Below are positions 59,885 to 64,000 of a stretch of 64,000 nucleotides of DNA, in pieces. The DNA is taken from contig JBFWMA010000001.1 in assembly GCA_050251875.1 (NCBI GenBank), forward strand, positions 186,456 to 250,455, read 5' to 3'. A program made the position numbers and the translations under genes. The DNA is from Deferribacterales bacterium (GTDB lineage: Bacteria > Chrysiogenota > Deferribacteres > Deferribacterales > Geovibrionaceae). The first letter of the stretch is position 1. Each line of letters begins with the position of its first letter. Below the pieces are notes generated by a model. The model ran no database searches. It saw only the letters and a list, made by a program, of their open reading frames with translations, and had not been told where the DNA came from.

Positions 59885-60931
59885 ATGAAAAAGATATATA
59901 TCGTTGCTCCTGATATCCATGTTAAAGACGCTGTGGGCAATTTCTGTTTTGATCTGGCTTCGCTGTATAACAGCGCCGGACACAGCGCAGTGCTTTGCGC
60001 TCAGAACTATACTTACGAAGAAATGGAAGTCAGGCATGTTGACTATATGTTTGAAAATATTAATGACGATGATGTCCTTTTTATTTGTTACTCCATAGAG
60101 GACAGGTATCTGGACAGATATCTGGAACTGAAGAATCATAAAATCTGCTACTTTCATGGAGTTACGCCTCCTGAACTTCTGGAATCTTTTGATCCTGTGG
60201 TTGCACAGCAGTGCAGAAACTCTTACGGTCAGTTTCCAAAGCTGGATACCTGCAAATATATTATCGCAAGTTCGCAGTTCACCGCGGATTTTCTTTCAGG
60301 TTTTTTAAACGGCAGAAAGATAGATGTGCTGCCTCCGGTATTTAAAAAGCGTTTTGAAGGCAAACATCCTAAGGAGCACAAGGTACAGAATGAAGATACT
60401 GTTAAGGTTCTGTGCGTAGGCCGGGTAGCTCCGAATAAAAATATTGAGCAGGTTATCGAAATATTTGCCGGATTCAGCAGAATGCAGAAAAACAGTGTGC
60501 TCAGAATTGTAGGCTCCAATCATAACGATAATTATAATAAAGTGCTTTACGAAATCATCGATAGAATGAGTATTTCAGATAAAGTCATTTTTACCGGAAT
60601 GGTGAAGGACGACGAGCTTTTTGACGAATTTCAGAATGCGGATATCTTTATAACGGCCAGTAATCACGAGGGCTTTTGTATCCCTGTTCTTGAGGCGATG
60701 TTCTTCGGGCTTTTGACTGTGGCAAAGAAAGGCAACGCCGCGGCAGAGGTTCTTGGTGATTCCGGCTATTCATTTGACGCAAATGAGGCGCCGGAGGAGA
60801 CTGCTGCCGCTATATATAAATACTTCTCTGATAAAAAAACTACGGATGACCTTGTGTCAAAAGGCTTTAAAAGAGCCGATGAATACACCTCAAAAAACAC
60901 AGCTGATGTCTGGTGCAGATATCTTATATGA
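59885..60931 (+). CDS. GT4 glycosyltransferase
   Basis: DAVGN, HGVTP, GRVAPNK, HEGFCIPVLEAM. Confidence 0.9.
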   Translation: MKKIYIVAPDIHVKDAVGNFCFDLASLYNSAGHSAVLCAQNYTYEEMEVRHVDYMFENINDDDVLFICYSIEDRYLDRYLELKNHKICYFHGVTPPELLESFDPVVAQQCRNSYGQFPKLDTCKYIIASSQFTADFLSGFLNGRKIDVLPPVFKKRFEGKHPKEHKVQNEDTVKVLCVGRVAPNKNIEQVIEIFAGFSRMQKNSVLRIVGSNHNDNYNKVLYEIIDRMSISDKVIFTGMVKDDELFDEFQNADIFITASNHEGFCIPVLEAMFFGLLTVAKKGNAAAEVLGDSGYSFDANEAPEETAAAIYKYFSDKKTTDDLVSKGFKRADEYTSKNTADVWCRYLI

Positions 60932-60946
60932 CTTTCAGGAGCAGTT

Positions 60947-62377
60947 ATGACTAGTGATCAGTTTATTTTCGATTATGATAATATAGAGCTTGGCGACGCC
61001 GGTTCTATAGACGTTCTTGAGCCGGTTGATCAGGATTCATCAATTCTCATTGAAGGATGGAGCCTTTATCTTGTTAGGGATGAGTTTTTTCTTCCTGAAT
61101 ATATTGTTGTTATGTTTGATGAAGAGATTATATCAAAAGTGCCGTTAAATGCGATGCGTCCGGATGTGACTGAAGCAAAAAAACTTGATGATAAATACGC
61201 ACTCTGTGGTTTTTCAGTCAAAATCCCTTTTGAACAGAGATTTACTGAAAAAAATAAATTCAGCTTTTACTCTGGATATAATGGACATTATAAAACCATA
61301 CTGAAGCCAGGCTATAAAGAGCTTCAGCTGGAGCTTACCGGCAGATGCAATATGAAGTGTCCGCAGTGCCCAAGTGTCTCATACAGTGACTTTCACAACA
61401 AAGACATGAATATGGATGATCTGAAAATCATAAAAACTCTGCTTGAAAACAGCGAGCTCATATGTTTGGACGGGTTTGGAGAAATATTTATGAATAAGGA
61501 TTTTGTTGAGTTTCTTAGAGCAACTCCAAGATCCAATCAGATTATTTTTCATACGAATGGGATGTTATTCTCTAGCAAATATTGGGATGCTATACTGGAA
61601 TGTTCACCCCCGCTGAGAAATATGATTTTCTCAGTTGATTCTCTTGTTCCGCATAAATATGAGAATTTACGTCCGGGTGGAAAGCTGGATAAGGTTCTGG
61701 ATAATATGTTCAAATTTAAGGAATATAGAGAATCAAATAACAGAAATCTGCCGAAAATTATTGTTAACATGACACTCATGAAAGACAATGTCGATGAACT
61801 CTGTGATTATGTTGAACTGGCTTCCCGTTTGGACGGGTATTTTGAAATAAACCAATTGTATGACGCTCAGCAGCTCAACTCGAACATAGAAGTGACTAAA
61901 GAGGAAAAGCAGTTCAGATTCAACTATGAAGAGCAGAAGCCAAAACATTATGCCCGAGAAGTTAACAGTTCTATAAAGAAAGCTGTTGCTCTGGCAAAGG
62001 AAAAAGGTGTGACGGTCATGTTCAGCGGTTCTAATCTTGAAATGCTGAATGAAGGTGCCTCTGGAGACGAATACGGCGGTTTTCGCGAACCTGTGGAATG
62101 CTGTCCTCATATCCGTAACCATCAGATGATATTTGCCGATGGCAGAGCCCAGTTCTGTGTCTGGCAGACTTCGCCTGTCTTTAATTGGAAAGAGACAAAT
62201 AACGTTGATATTCTGAAAGACCCCAGGGGAATTATAATCCGTGAGATGATACTGAAAGGAGAGATCCCGTACGAGTGCAGCGGAGCTGGTTGTAAATGGG
62301 TGGGGCTTGAACTGTCAACAGAGAAAAAGGATGATATAGAGCAGGTGAAAGGAGGCTGGTCCGGAAAAGCAAAATAG
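60947..62377 (+). CDS. Radical SAM/SPASM-twitch protein with N-terminal Ig-like domain
   Basis: CNMKCPQC; C-terminal CCPH...FC...ECSGAGC; N-domain GSID...EGW...RPDV...GF. Confidence 0.88.
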   Translation: MTSDQFIFDYDNIELGDAGSIDVLEPVDQDSSILIEGWSLYLVRDEFFLPEYIVVMFDEEIISKVPLNAMRPDVTEAKKLDDKYALCGFSVKIPFEQRFTEKNKFSFYSGYNGHYKTILKPGYKELQLELTGRCNMKCPQCPSVSYSDFHNKDMNMDDLKIIKTLLENSELICLDGFGEIFMNKDFVEFLRATPRSNQIIFHTNGMLFSSKYWDAILECSPPLRNMIFSVDSLVPHKYENLRPGGKLDKVLDNMFKFKEYRESNNRNLPKIIVNMTLMKDNVDELCDYVELASRLDGYFEINQLYDAQQLNSNIEVTKEEKQFRFNYEEQKPKHYAREVNSSIKKAVALAKEKGVTVMFSGSNLEMLNEGASGDEYGGFREPVECCPHIRNHQMIFADGRAQFCVWQTSPVFNWKETNNVDILKDPRGIIIREMILKGEIPYECSGAGCKWVGLELSTEKKDDIEQVKGGWSGKAK

Positions 62378-62502
62378 GTTTTATGAGAGTTTATTTTGAT
62401 TTTGTTGTGATCACTAGGTTAATTAATTTACAATTGGTCTTTTTATAGTATAAAATTATTAAGTTTTCGTATAGAGGGAATCAAAATACACAAGGTGTTG
62501 TC

Positions 62503-64000
62503 TTGAAAAAAATATTTTTCCATATCGGCTATCCTAAAACAGGAACCAGTTCTTTACAGTTTTTCTTAATTTTTAACAGACATTTGTTGAAAAATACCGA
62601 CGTATACTATGAAGTATACGGTTGTGAATCTTTTTTTGAAATGATTGAAAAAATCTATAGAGACGATCAAACAGTGTATCCGGAGTCAGGAATATTGCCC
62701 GATATCTATGAAAGCGATGTTGAGGAAAGTCCTGAAAGTCCCTTTCATAACTTTTTATGTTTTGTCGATTTCGAACTGGCATTAGAGTACATTAAAAAAG
62801 CTATATCAAATTTTGAGCGATCAGGATGCAGCGCCATGGTTTTCTGCAGTGAATTGTTTACGCTTAATTTCACTCCTTCACAGATCAAGCGTATACTGGA
62901 ACTGTTCAAAGGCTATGACTTTCGCGTAGTATGCTATATCCGTGAACCTTTTTCATTTATCAAATCATGCTTTTATCAGGAATATAAATGGCCTAATTAC
63001 CCTCGCAACGATATATACGATTTTTGTATAAGCCAGAAGCACTATTTGCTGGATATCGTTATGCTGTTTATGCAGAACTGGGTACATGTCGTTGGCAAGG
63101 AAAAGGTCAGCGCTAGATTCTTTAACAGGGATTTTCTGAAAAACGGAGATGTTGTCGCTGATTTTGCAGACATTGTCGGCTGTGATACTTCAGAACTTAA
63201 ACAGGTAAGGGAAGTAAACGTAAAAATGTTTTCAGGCGCTTTGCCTCTTTTTGAGGCTTTATATGCTCATTTCCCGGAATTAAGAGTTAAAACAGCTGAT
63301 GAGCTATTCAGAACCAGGCAATGTAGTATCACTATCCCTGTTTTGCAGGCGTCTCAGGCATATTACAGCGGAGATATGGCTGCATGTACAGCTTATCTTG
63401 ACGCTATCAAAGATAATATCATCTCCAGTCCTGTTATATCAAAGCATAAAGATGAGATGCTTGCCGCTCTGGACGAGGTCCGAAGTAATTTTCTTAATAG
63501 AACTGAAATTGATGTGTTCAAAGACGCAGGTTTCAGCAGGCAGGTTATCAGCTGCTACAAAGCTTCATGGGCGGAGTTGGCGGACAGATTCTTTGATCTG
63601 GATGCTTCTGCCGTGTTTATGAAAAAAGCTTATAAAATATTTAATGATGAGTATCTTAAATGCGTTTCTCCTCTGAAAGATATTGTTTCAGAATATGAAC
63701 TTGAGTATGATTTTTTTCAGTGGTGGTGTCTGCACGGAGATAAAGACTGGGATATCAAGGGTGATATAGCAGGATATCTGACCGATAAACTGCATAATAT
63801 AAACACACAAAGTCTTTTATGCCCTACAGAGTTAATGCTGTCATTGTGGGAAATAACACCGGATCTCAGGCAACAGTTTTCTGATCCTAAAGATAAAGAC
63901 TCCGTTGAATACTGGAAATGGTGGCTGTCAAATGCCGGAAACAAAGTCGGCATAATAAATCCTTTCCCTCTGTCGCTTGTTGATGGCAGTATGGATGCCG
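62503..64000 (+). CDS. Sulfotransferase-like P-loop protein, 3' end outside window
   Basis: Not in the ORF track. TTG start; MKKIFFHIGYPKTGTSSLQ (5'-PSB-like), FCSE, YIREPFSFIKS (3'-PB-like); frame checked open to the window end. Confidence 0.8.
   Translation, partial: MKKIFFHIGYPKTGTSSLQFFLIFNRHLLKNTDVYYEVYGCESFFEMIEKIYRDDQTVYPESGILPDIYESDVEESPESPFHNFLCFVDFELALEYIKKAISNFERSGCSAMVFCSELFTLNFTPSQIKRILELFKGYDFRVVCYIREPFSFIKSCFYQEYKWPNYPRNDIYDFCISQKHYLLDIVMLFMQNWVHVVGKEKVSARFFNRDFLKNGDVVADFADIVGCDTSELKQVREVNVKMFSGALPLFEALYAHFPELRVKTADELFRTRQCSITIPVLQASQAYYSGDMAACTAYLDAIKDNIISSPVISKHKDEMLAALDEVRSNFLNRTEIDVFKDAGFSRQVISCYKASWAELADRFFDLDASAVFMKKAYKIFNDEYLKCVSPLKDIVSEYELEYDFFQWWCLHGDKDWDIKGDIAGYLTDKLHNINTQSLLCPTELMLSLWEITPDLRQQFSDPKDKDSVEYWKWWLSNAGNKVGIINPFPLSLVDGSMDA

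Noticed and set aside
1..64000. CRISPR arrays, tRNA/rRNA genes, IS elements, prophage genes
   Set aside because: No regularly spaced repeats, RNA-gene signatures, or transposase, integrase or phage structural motifs were seen; intergenic gaps are short

Overview
Anaerobic Gram-negative bacterial chromosome segment, tentatively Deferribacterota-like from gene content (not verified). No rRNA, tRNA, CRISPR or transposase was seen. 1-22.5 kb: mixed housekeeping and signalling genes (TPR protein, hydrogenase maturation protease, ispF, Kef-type antiporter, TolC, glutathione peroxidase, three hybrid two-component proteins, RRM protein, SulP, hypE, hisI, pilM, lpxB). 22.6-33 kb: flagellar cluster fliK-flgD-flgE / motA-motB-fliL-fliN-fliO-fliP-fliQ. 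It ends not in fliR but in a translationally coupled, secreted caspase-family protease with a FliL-like C-terminal domain. 33-42 kb: long minus-strand gene run containing a complete polyprenyl-phosphate pentofuranose (DPA-type: UbiA-like, GtrA, DprE1, DprE2, HAD) pathway, next to two GT-C-type membrane proteins. One of these lies in an insertion flanked by a duplicated gene 3' end. 43.5-64 kb: AT-richer ABC-transporter-dependent (wzm/wzt) surface polysaccharide cluster with CapK-like ligase, CE4-like deacetylase, radical SAM and sulfotransferase-like genes, and a ~37-aa repeat module shared by three of its enzymes. The strongest leads are the caspase-FliL fusion, the shared repeat module, the GT-C insertion beside the pentofuranose pathway, a pseudo-histidine kinase, and a probable ATT start for fliP.
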